A DNA stretch of 47,866 bases, from assembly GCF_001194135.2 (NCBI RefSeq), contig NC_069004.1, forward strand, positions 25,065,857 to 25,113,722, given 5' to 3'. Below the pieces are notes generated by a model that was given only the letters and a program-made list of their open reading frames with translations, did no database searches and was not told where the DNA came from. This document shows positions 11,238-22,120 of this stretch, in pieces (position 1 is the stretch's first letter; the number at the start of each line of letters is the position of its first letter). Source of the stretch: Octopus bimaculoides. Its lineage: Eukaryota. Position numbers and translations under genes: made by a program.

Positions 11238-12636
11238 CCTGCGGGGTAAATAAGAAATTTAGCATACCTACGCAAGTCTGCCTCTACGACTTACTTTCCT
11301 CATAACTTCCAGAAAAATGGATATTTTAAAATGGAATTTTCTACAAATATTCTTCAAGTGGTGTCGATTTCAATTATAACGGAAGTTGTGGTGAGGAAGT
11401 TTTACCGAGGGTCTGGAAATGATTTTCGGAAAACACATACGAATTGACTTTGTTTACCCATAACTTTCAGGTAAATGGGTATTCTCTGATGAAATTTTCA
11501 ATAAATGCATTTCAGATGGCATATATTACGATTTATCGGAAATTTATATAAAACAAATCGGTGGACACGTACACATACACACTGTCACACACATTACGAA
11601 ATCAAACTTGAAATTTTGAGACAAACTGTGATATCAGTATGTGTGTGTGCCAGCTTGTCGTGTTGGTTTCATGTTCTTGCTTAATGGAGCTGAGGTCATT
11701 CCAAGTTAGTGGTTCCAGAGGCGTCATCATGCGTAGAGCCGACCAGGTCTAATAGGATGATCTAGCAGGAGAGGAGACGGATGACATGTCTGTACCAGCG
11801 TATGCAGCGGATAGCTATGAGGTGGGAGGTTGAGGGCAGAGGATCCGCTTCACCAGGATCCTCCTCAGTCGTGCTATTCCTGCCATCAGAAGCAGACACT
11901 GCCCACAACAAGCCGGATTCATGCCGAATCGATATCTACTGCCGACCATATTTTTGCCCTTCGTCTCATCGTTGAAAGATCTCAAGAGTTCTGCAAAGAT
12001 CTCCACCTCAACACCGCCTTCGTCGAACTCAAGGTAGGTTTCGACAGGGTCGACCACGCATCCTTCTGGAAAATCCTCAAGCTCGTCGGTGTGCCTCACA
12101 ACATCCCCACCCTGTTTCCACAGCTCTACAGCAGTGCCAAGAGCTGCGTAGGTGAACGGGAAGTACTCTGACTGGTTCCCATATGTGTGAGTCCACCATT
12201 TTCTTTTTTACATATTACATTCTGATATATTCGTAATCTACATCATCTGGAAGGAATTTGTAGAAAATTTCATAAGAGAATACCCATTTTTTCTGAAAGT
12301 TACGAGGAAACAAAGCCGAATTTTATGAATTTTCACAAACTCCCCCTCCTCACTGTTGAAAAAATGCATCCACAATAATTTCAGAATTGTAGAAAATTTC
12401 TTACAAAATTACACAATTTTTCTGAAAGTTATGAGGAAACAAAGCTGTTTTGTGAATTTTCACGAACTCCCATCCCTACCCTCAGAAAAATGTTTCCACA
12501 GCAAACTCATATTATCAGAATTTGCACCATTTGACGCATATTTGTAAAAGAATTCCATTAAAAAAACATGAATTTTTCTGGTTGTTTTACGAAAACAAAT
12601 TCGGACAACGTGGGCACATTTGTGTAGCTGTGCCCA
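11238..12636. mobile_element. Unclassified non-autonomous DNA repeat(s) built on a GTAGAAAATTTCAT..AAGTTATGAGGAAA module, interrupted by the RTE fragment
   Basis: Module on - at ~11293-11352 and ~11458-11506, on + at ~12255-12312, ~12385-12442 and degenerate ~12540-12600. Also on + at 10136-10192. Resemblance to Helentron-associated (HINE/DINE-1-like) repeats is from memory only. Confidence 0.5.
11646..12181. mobile_element. RTE-clade LINE fragment with internal inversion
   Basis: + strand 11848-12181: QQAGFMPNR/STADHIFALRLIVERSQEF..FVELKVGFDRVD..FWKIL (RT N-terminal motifs). - strand 11840-11650: LIAIRCIRWYRHVIRL (RRLRWFGHVxR-like C-terminal region). Flanked by tatgtgtg. Confidence 0.85.
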
Positions 12637-12964
12637 AAATTGAATAAACTTTACACTGAAGATAAAGATCATAACGTTAATTTACCTTCTATATATTTGC
12701 AGTGATGATGTAATCCTCTTGCAACAAAGTCCCGACGATTAAATTACATAAGATGTCCTTTTGACTGCGGCCATGCTGGAGCACCGCCTTTAGTCGAGAA
12801 CATCAACCCCAGAACTCATTCTTTGTAAGCCTAGTACTTATTCTATCGCTGTCTTGTTGCCGAACCGCTAGATTACGGGGACGTAAACACACCAGCATCG
12901 GTTGTCAAGCGATGGTGGGTGGACAAACACAGACACACAAACACACATACGTATATATATATAT

Positions 12965-13155
12965 TGACCGATGACTGAACACTATTCAATTTTTTTTCTC
13001 CGTGTTTTTCTCCTTGTCTCCGTATTCTTTCTGTTGAAGAGCGTAGCTCGAAACGTCAAAGACTTTCCGTATTCCTGAGCGTCATACTAATACATCCTTT
13101 TGTTATTTACACCACCTGTCCTCGTCTGTTGTTGTTTTTTCCGTACATTCTCCCA
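12965..13155 (+). mobile_element. Penelope-like terminal (pLTR) fragment inserted in (TA)n
   Basis: Non-SINE segment bounded by TA repeats and carrying a minimal hammerhead-like motif. Penelope assignment is inferred from that motif. Confidence 0.6.
13026..13062 (+). ncRNA. Minimal type-I hammerhead-like motif with A6-to-U core variant
   Basis: tcttt CTGTTGAA gagc gta gctc GAAA CGTC aaaga: 5-bp stem I, 4-bp stem II, palindromic ACGT in place of stem III. Confidence 0.6.
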
Positions 13156-13214
13156 TATATATATATATATATATATATATACGACGGGCTTCTATAACGG
13201 CCCAATAACCTAGT

Positions 13215-13343
13215 CAGACCGACAGAATATGTACCAAATTTACTAACTGAGCGGTGGAGTCGATTCGCTCGACTAAAACCCTTCAATGCGGTGCCCCAGC
13301 ATGGCCGCAGTCCAACGACCGCTACAAGTAAACGACAAAAGGA
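13215..13343 (+). mobile_element. SINE family A 3' fragment, diverged
   Basis: gtcgattcgctcgactaaaa..gcggtgccccagcatggccgcagtc. Confidence 0.75.
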
Positions 13344-13359
13344 AATATAATAAGCAGTA

Positions 13360-13540
13360 ATAATGGTTTCAAATTCTAGCATAAGGCCAGCAATTTGTGA
13401 GGAGGCTGCATGTCGATTATTCAACTGGTATTTATTTTATCGACCCCGAACGGATAAAAGGAAAAGTCGACCTCAAAGGAATCTGAACTCAGAACGAAAT
13501 GCCGCTAAGCATTTCGCCCGATATGCTAACAGCTCGCCAC
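13360..13540 (-). mobile_element. SINE family B, tail type 2
   Basis: Minus head gtggcgagctg; tail ggccttatgctagaatttgaaaccattatt. Confidence 0.8.
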
Positions 13541-13557
13541 TCTGATAAGCGTGTAAT

Positions 13558-13770
13558 GATTCTTTCTACTATAGGCACAAGACCTGGAATTTTGGGGGAG
13601 GGGCCTAGTCGATAGCATCGACCCCATTGTTCAACTGGTACTTATTTTATCGATCCCGACAAGATGAAAGGCAAAGTCGACCGCGGTGGAATCTGAACTC
13701 AGAACGTAGCGACGGTCGAAATACGCTAAACATTTCGCCCGGCGTGCTAACAATTCTACCAGCGCGCCAC
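13558..13770 (-). mobile_element. SINE family B, full-length, tail type 1
   Basis: 17-bp TSD tctgataagcgtgtaat at 13541-13557 and 13771-13787. Confidence 0.9.
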
Positions 13771-14239
13771 TCTGATAAGCGTGTAATAATACCAACTAAA
13801 ATCTTCTAGAATTCTAGACAATCAGTATCAGACTAGTCGTTTTGTCTTTATTGCTGTTTAGTCCTAGGTAGACTTATAATTAATGCTGTTTTAACGGTGA
13901 CAATCCCCTGTTTTATTCAGATTTAATGTATTTAGAACTGCAATATGTAGTGCGTGCTGTGTATTCTAAGTTTATAGCGTACGATTTGAAGGAGACCTTT
14001 GTTGCTATTTCTAGCATGTCGAGCTCTCGGATAAAGGGTCCATCCATGGTTCCTTTACACAGATTCTTCCTGTGTAAAATAAATAACAACACGTTGAACG
14101 CTGAAAATGTCAACGCAGGCTTCGTTTTCGTGTTATTCGATAGAAGATAGTCAGAGGGAGAGGATGAGGGAGGAGGGAGGAGAGAAAAAGAGAAATTGCG
14201 AGAAAGAGACCTCTTGACGTCACATCAACTAATTTCTTG

Positions 14240-14637
14240 TTGGTGGCGGTGGTGGTGTTGGTGGTGTTATTGATATTGTCACAACTTGTATTGTTTTTGT
14301 TGTTGCTTTTATGTCATCGTATAATCTGTGGCTGTTCTTTCCTTCCTGATGTTGCTGTAATTGTCGCTGTTGTCCTTGAAGTTGTTGTTGTTGTTATGGT
14401 TTGTGTCGTCATCAACGAGAGCTCTATTGATGTACTGGTTGCCTTTTGTCGTTGTTATTGCTTTTGATGATTTTGTCATTGTTGTTGTTGTTGTTATTGT
14501 TGTTGTTGTAGCTGCCGTTGCCTAGTCGCCATCGTGGACAGAACCGTTGCTGTAGTCATTGATGCCACTGTAGCTATTGAAAAGCGCCTGGTATGATGAT
14601 ACCGCTGCCGTCGTCATCGTCATCGTCGTCGTAGTCA

Positions 14638-14671
<34 letters not shown>

Positions 14672-14730
14672 AATCGTCTTTGTCGTTATTGTTATTGCTA
14701 CTACTGCTGCTGTTGTTGTTGTTGTTGTTG
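14240..14730. repeat. Decayed GTT/GTC/GCT triplet low-complexity tract containing (GCC)10
   Basis: Directly visible; (GCC)10 at 14640-14669. Confidence 0.9.
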
Positions 14731-14935
14731 ATGTTATTTACAAAGTGATTTATTGGCCAATCAGGAAACGAAGGTGAGAAAATGTGAAAAAGTAATTAAA
14801 GGATAATTGACACCAACTTCTTTCTCCACGTTTCATTTCGCACATTTCAATACCGTGATATACGATGTAGCAGAGATAAAGACTGCATTAATATTGCTGT
14901 TAATTCATTTGTTTATTAGATATCATTACACGGTG

Positions 14936-14984
<49 letters not shown>

Positions 14985-15160
14985 TACATACATATATATA
15001 CATACACACACAAACACACATACACACACACACATATTTGATTAAATCTTTTGGGCCACTACAGTTTTGATCATTGTGTTGTTCACTAGCACGACACTCC
15101 ATTACGTTATAACACATCAAGATATCTTGTAGAGTATCTTCATAACTGATTTCTGATTTT

Positions 15161-15268
15161 TGGCACAGGCGCAGCAATTTCGGCGTAAGGAAGAAATCAA
15201 TTACATCGACCCCAGTAACCAACTGGTACTTAATTCATTGACCCCGCAATGGTGAAAGTCGACCACCG
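15161..15268 (-). mobile_element. SINE family B, 3' fragment
   Basis: ttacatcgaccccagtaaccaactggtacttaatt..aaagtcgacc. Confidence 0.75.
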
Positions 15269-16225
15269 TCACTCTAATTATTTTCTAATAAGCCTTTTAG
15301 CGACGTCAACGCTTGGTTTGACTTTGTACACGTATATCGCTGTCAGCGCAGTTACTGCTTTTTCTATCTGCGAGGTATTTGTTATTTACAAGGCCAAACG
15401 AGGCCGAAATCTTGTGATCGCTTATCGCTTAGTCCTGGTACAGGTAGTAGCGGTGATTGACTGCCGCTAGTGATAGCTATGATGTGTTTTATGCACCAAA
15501 TTACCATATGTAAGTTTTCTCTCTTGGTAATTATCACAATATTTGTGCCAAACCAGCAAATACACTGGGCATGTGCGTTACGTATAACTGGTCGATAATA
15601 TTTATAACACCAGCGCTACTTCTGTTTTATGTTTGAATTTATTCCTACTTATGCATTGACCGAGCATACTAGCACATAGTTTTCACGCTATATGCATATA
15701 GATCGTGGACTGTCGGTATGACTCACCTCTGTGCCGGTTCAGGTACATTATGTTGATAAGCCACAAAAATGGCGAAACATTGATGTCCATCACTCCTAGA
15801 TGAGATCAGACGTGAATTATCTTGCCTGTCCATGACTTTCAGCATTGGGGCACTTTAGCTCATATTTCTTAGTCAAGTTTAGTTGACGAGTATAATATAC
15901 CTCTACGGTATAACGGTGCAAACAGGTGTTTTTATTAAATTTCTGTATACATATTAGCGAACTGCTAAATTATCCATAGATTTTTATGGTAAATATATAT
16001 ATTCTGATAGGCGAGCTAGCCCGGAATCAACCGAACGAGCTGGACTTACTGAGGATGGCTACGGAAATAGCAGAAACTGACGGGTGTGTCTAAGGAATTC
16101 TTGGTTCGGTGTTCGGGGCAATTTCAGCACCTATCAGAGTATATGTTATGTGCTTTATAACAGCACTGGAACGCTTTAGCTGCTATTTCTAGCAATGTGG
16201 GTGTTATTCACACCCTTAGTCAAGT

Positions 16226-16292
<67 letters not shown>

Positions 16293-16863
16293 AAGCAGGT
16301 GTACACGAAGTACGATCATTGCTAGAAATAACAGCCGGTAAGTTTACGGTTGTATACAGAGCTTCGCTGAATATTTACAGGCAGAGATTTCTGCGGGCGG
16401 TGAAGATAGGAAAATTCTGTCTTACCTCTTCGGAGACCGTTAAAGGAATAAACGATAACTCAATACTGCAGTTTCAAACTCTTCAGATCACGTGCGTGAG
16501 CGCATGAATCTGATTGGTTACCTTCAGTTACGTCTCTCGTGGACGACCAAATTTTAAAATATCCACAACATCTCTGCCTGCTTACTGGGTTGGTAGACCA
16601 GTCATATTCAGAACCAAGATCGTACTTCCTATACACCTGCTTTCTATATTCATAATTCTACCTATATGGTTTTTTATTCTTGCTGTATATTACTATTATT
16701 CTAATATTCCTATTTTCATGTATATATGTGTGTGTGTCTGTGTGTGTGTATAAAAGTACAATAGTGATCAAAGTGACTAAGAGTGTACGCCTAGTCACTT
16801 TAGTCACGATTGTACTTGTGCCTATAATATATATATGTGTGTGTATGTGTGTGTATATATGTA

Positions 16864-16896
<33 letters not shown>

Positions 16897-17167
16897 ATAT
16901 ACATACATATATATCCAAGAAAGTTAGGGGTTGTGAATCCAGCCCAAGGGATAATATCTATCCAATATACTGCCGGAAGAATACCCAATTATTATTGCAC
17001 TAGTGTTCTGTCACAAGATGTCCTTTTTTAATTACCGATATGACAATATTTCGCTTGTGTTTGTATATTATTATTGTCCTTTTAGTAAACAAATAAACAA
17101 GTAAATTGACACATTTCAATGTCTGGAAGTTGATGAATACCACCTATTCCCTTCCATTTTCTTATTG

Positions 17168-17201
<34 letters not shown>

Positions 17202-18001
17202 AGAGAGAAAGAGAGGAGAGATAGAGAATTAATATATATATGTACGCGTGTATATGTATGTTTATTTTAACATATGTATGTATATGTGCATGTATGTGTG
17301 TGCGTGTGCATGTTTGGGTTTACAAACTAAAAGAAAAACTCAATTGATATTGACTCGTTCAAAGCCAAATGTTTTGACAATATTAGTCCTCATAGTTTCT
17401 CCCACTATATACGATCCTTCGTAAAAAAAAAAACAGTTAAAGGTTGTTGAAGAGTTTAAACATGGTTAAGGGATTAAAGAAGACAGAATAGATTCAAATT
17501 ATTCGATTTTAACTGACCATATTTGTCCAACTGCTAATATTTGAAGAGGCCAGCGGGATGTTGTAGAAAGGTTCACTTTACATCTTATGCGAAGTGAAAG
17601 GAATCGCTATCAGGTGTGAATTGTTAGATAGGTGTGGTAAAATATATACAATACTGGCACGTGCTATGAAGAACGACTATTATGTAGATTTTCGAGGACA
17701 TCAGTGTCCAGTGGTCTGTATGGATGGAAGTCTTCATGCTAACACTGTCTGCGATTAGAATGACTTTACTAAACAATTGTCAAAATGCCTACACATGAAT
17801 ATACATTTGGCTACACCTGTTTAGTATTTTCAATAAAAAAAAAAGCTGAGATGTTTGCTGTGTATCGGCATATTAACAAATAGATACTAAAAATATTCTA
17901 GTCACAAACTGAGTACGCATCCTTGCGTTGTATAGACACGAGTATTTTATAGCGCCAATCGTTATTCTATTCAGTAATAAAGCGAGCAATGATGAGACCG
18001 T

Positions 18002-18190
18002 TTCTTCTTCTTCTTCTTCTTCTTCTTCTTCTTCTTCTTCTTCTTCTTCTTCTTCTTCTTCTTCTTCTTCTTCTTCTTCTTCTTCTTCTTCTTCTTCTTC
18101 TTCTTCTTCTTCTTCTTCTTCATCATCATCATCATCATCATTATCATCACCTCTTCTAAATTCTCCTCCTTCACCTCTTCCTCCTTAAAC

Positions 18191-18226
<36 letters not shown>

Positions 18227-18255
18227 ATAATAATAATAATAATAATAATAATAGC

Positions 18256-18287
<32 letters not shown>
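18002..18287. repeat. Compound triplet array: (TTC)40, then (ATC)n, (CCT)-like, (CTA)n, (AAT)n
   Basis: Pure (TTC)40 at 18002-18121, counted directly. Confidence 0.98.
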
Positions 18288-18288
<1 letters not shown>

Positions 18289-20099
18289 CTCCTTCCCCTT
18301 CCCTACCCCTTGTCACCTTCGCTTCTCATGTAAACATTCCTTTAATTACTGTTCATGTTGCTCTTCTTCCGCCTTCTCACTTTACTCTCTCTCTCTCTCT
18401 CTCCCTCCTTTCCTCTGTTTTCCCGTCTACCATTACTCTGTCCCCTCTCCTCCCCATTCCCCCGAGTCTATCTTTACAGCTCCCCATAAATCCTATAAAC
18501 TCTACACCTATACAGTGCATTCACCAAATAAAGAAAATCTAATGCAAAGACAAAAGAAAATACATAAAACCAGTCACACTCACTAAATAAGAAAGAAAAG
18601 AAAAATAGTTCTCTTGGAATTCTTAGGCTACCGATAAGAATTCGACTATGCAGCGAGGCTGTATGAATTTCCCGACACTTTCAGAATAGCAATTGAATCT
18701 GTCATTTATTTCCAGATATAAACTATTTGGGAAGGAAAAGGAAAAGAATAATAAGAATAAAAATGAACAAACAAAATAAAAGGAAAAAAACGAAGCGAAA
18801 ATATATAAAGATATCCAGAATAAATTTAATTCAATTATTATGCATGCACAGAGTTCAGCTATCTCATTTTTCATACGTACATATGTATGTGCGTATATAT
18901 ATATATACATACATACANNNNNNNNNNNNNNNNNNNNNNNNNNNNNNNNNNNNNNNNNNNNNNNNNNNNNNNNNNNNNNNNNNNNNNNNNNNNNNNNNNN
19001 NNNNNNNNNNNNNNNNNNNNNNNNNNNNNNNNNNNNNNNNNNNNNNNNNNNNNNNNNNNNNNNNNNNNNNNNNNNNNNNNNNNNNNNNTATATACATATA
19101 TATATATACATGTATATATATACATATATATATACATATATATATATATATACATGTATATATATATACATATATATATATATATACATGTATATATATA
19201 TACATATATATATATATACACATATATATACACATGCGCATATGTCTGTGTGTGTATGTATGTATGTATGTACCTGTGCGTGTATATGAATATACATAAG
19301 TGAGTATAAAAAATTGTATATATGTATATGTCCGTGTATGAGTGTGTGTGTGTGTATATATATATGTGTGTGAGTGTGTGCGCGTGTGTATAAGTGTGTT
19401 AGTGTATATGTACGAATATATTGTACATGAATGTATACATGTGCTTAGGTATGTATATAGTATTGGTTGCATATTTATATTGAAAGAACGAGGTAAACCT
19501 ATTTAAATTGGAAAAACTCTAGAAAGGCAAAAGTAGATTAGGCATTGTTTTATTTTAACGTAAATAAATATCAATGTGTGTCTTCTGTATTTGTGTTGGT
19601 GTGTTTGTCTGTGTATGTTTATGTATATATGATATGCAGAAGTATATATACATATATATATACATATATATATNNNNNNNNNNNNNNNNNNNNNNNNNNN
19701 NNNNNNNNNNNNNNNNNNNNNNNNNNNNNNNNNNNNNNNNNNNNNNNNNNNNNNNNNNNNNNNNNNNNNNNNNNNNNNNNNNNNNNNNNNNNNNNNNNNN
19801 NNNNNNNNNNNNNNNNNNNNNNNNNNNNNNNNNNNNNNNNNNNNNNNNNNNNNNNNNNNNNNNNNNNNNNNNNNNNNNNNNNNNNNNNNNNNNNNNNNNN
19901 NNNNNNNNNNNNNNNNNNNNNNNNNNNNNNNNNNNNNNNNNNNNNNNNNNNNNNNNNNNNNNNNNNNNNNNNNNNNNNNNNNNNNNNNNNNNNNNNNNNN
20001 NNNNNNNNNNNNNNNNNNNNNNNNNNNNNNNNNNNNNNNNNNNNNNNNNNNNNNNNNNNNNNNNTATATATATACATATATATATACATGTGTATGTGT

Positions 20100-20285
20100 G
20101 TGCCAAAACGCTTGACAGCTGGTGTTGCTTGCTTACGTCCCCATAAGATTAGCAGAGCGGCAAAAGAGGCCGTTAGAATAAGTACCAGCCTTTAAAAAAA
20201 CACTGGGTTGGATTCATTCATTCTACAAAGTGTGTCCCCAACATAGTTCCAGTCTAATGACTGAAAGCAAGTAACAATTAAAAGG
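20100..20285 (+). mobile_element. SINE family A 3' fragment, diverged
   Basis: cgcttgacagctgg..gcggcaaaagaggccgttagaataagtacc..aatgactgaaagcaag. Confidence 0.75.
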
Positions 20286-21984
20286 TAAAAGATATATAAT
20301 CCAAGACTAGCTTCAGGTGTTTCTCCGAAGGCGCAATGAAAACACTTCCACTTTGAAACAGATACATGTATGTCGTTTTCCTTTCTTTCCCTTTCGTCTC
20401 ACATTTGTAAAATCGCCAAGGAAACAGGCAGATTTCGCAGTATATGTGTTCTAGAATATTTTTTTTATTCTGAGTATCTCAGTGTTATTAAAAGATTTAT
20501 TCCATTCATTGTTGGTTAACATTTGTTAATAGTCATGTTTTCTGGAAAGCGCCTCTCGTTGCTTGTTTAAAAGTTATTTATGTTATGAAACTTGGTCGTT
20601 TTTAAAAACCATATTTCGAATATATCTACGGAAAATCGTGGGGACACTAATCGTTATGATTCTCGAAATTTTTCACCGCTATCTCAGACGAAGAATGAAC
20701 GAACATTTAAAATCTTAAATGTAGGAACATCTTTGGGTTTAATTAACTTTAGTAAACAAACCTTTCTGACTGCTTTGAAGTAATGGTGTAAGCCATTAGA
20801 AATTCTTGATTCCTTGTCTGTAAATACTCCAAATCAAAACAAAAAATATTTCTTCAAATAAAATCTTTTAGAATTCAAATAATTGCGTGAGCTGAAGAAA
20901 AAAGTTTAATATCAGGAATGCCATAACAACAACAAAAACAACAACATCAATGTTTTCTTTATTAAACAATAAAAGCTGACTAAAACATCGAGGACAATAC
21001 AGGACGACTATGCATGGGTTTACATAAAATCGTGTAAAATGGAAGATATTTTTTAAAAAATGGAAGAAAAGAAAGACTTACGAGGACTACTCGCGAAAAC
21101 GACAGAAACACACGTTCACCAGAGTCACGAAGACACTTGCCGTTCCTAATTATTTTCTTGAATCTAGTGGCACATGCTCAGAGCTGACCGGTTCATAGCT
21201 TGGCCTAGAGGACGCTGTAGTATTGAAAGCATAACCTTTCTTCCTCTAGCTAGTGTGTTGATGCATACTTCTGCTTCTTTCAGATATTGAAATATCTTCT
21301 TGAGTGGGACTAAATCAAAGCTTTTTGCAAACTCAGCGAATGACTGGGTTTTAGTACTTCCTCTGCCGAATAAGTTGTTACCTTCGTTGTCGTAGTTTCT
21401 ATAAATCACTTATTTGTGTCATGGCTGTTGTTTCAGAGCTGTTATTACAGTTCGTTGCTCCGAGGCTGATAGCAGTGGCAATGAATTCTTCCATCACCGG
21501 CGACTTAGTAGGCTACGGCGGAAGATTTTCTGTTGTTGTTTATTACATTGTTTGACATATCATCGCTGCTGTAATTGTTAGTGTTGTTGTTCTTGCTACT
21601 GTTCTTGGTACTGTTAATGTGACTACTGACGCTGCTACTACAGCTGGTCATTACTATGGCTATAGTAGTGTGTGGTGGTGGGTGTTGACCTTGAGCAACT
21701 GTTTCAAAATTATCCTCTGCATGCACTTCTTACTGGTCGGCAGGCAAGCAAATAAGTGTGGAAACCATTTTGAAAATTCTGTTTTGATTTGAAAACAATT
21801 TCATTCCTTCAAACTTTTGTCCCCTGGGGCGAGCAATGAAAGCGTTGACCACTCACAACCCTGGCCGGCACATTATCTGATATGAAACTATGAAATCTAC
21901 AAATTCAACCCTCTGAAAAGGTAAACAAGACACAAACTCACACCAAAGTTTGAAACCATCATTATTTTTTTTTAATTGGCGTTT

Positions 21985-22118
21985 TTCTTCCGGTTTCATC
22001 TTCCGAGTTCAAATTCCACTGAGCTCGACTTTGCTTTTCATCCATTCGTGGTCGATAAAATAAGTACAAGTTACGCACTGGGATTGATGTAATTGACTTA
22101 GCCTCTTCCCCGAAACTG
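21985..22118 (+). mobile_element. SINE family B fragment
   Basis: gagttcaaattcc..gtcgataaaataagtacaagttacgcactggg. Confidence 0.8.
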
Positions 22119-22120
22119 CT

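Larger units (their letters stand above)
12755..13193 (-). mobile_element. SINE family A, 5'-truncated, with a nested insertion in its (TA)n
   Basis: gactgcggccatgctggagcaccgcc..catcggttgtcaagcgatg..(TA)n..acgacgggcttct. Confidence 0.9.

Noticed and set aside
21164-21726. 81-aa and 73-aa minus-strand ORFs
   Set aside because: The upper one is decayed AAC/AGC triplet sequence; the lower has no recognisable homology or consistent splice frame.
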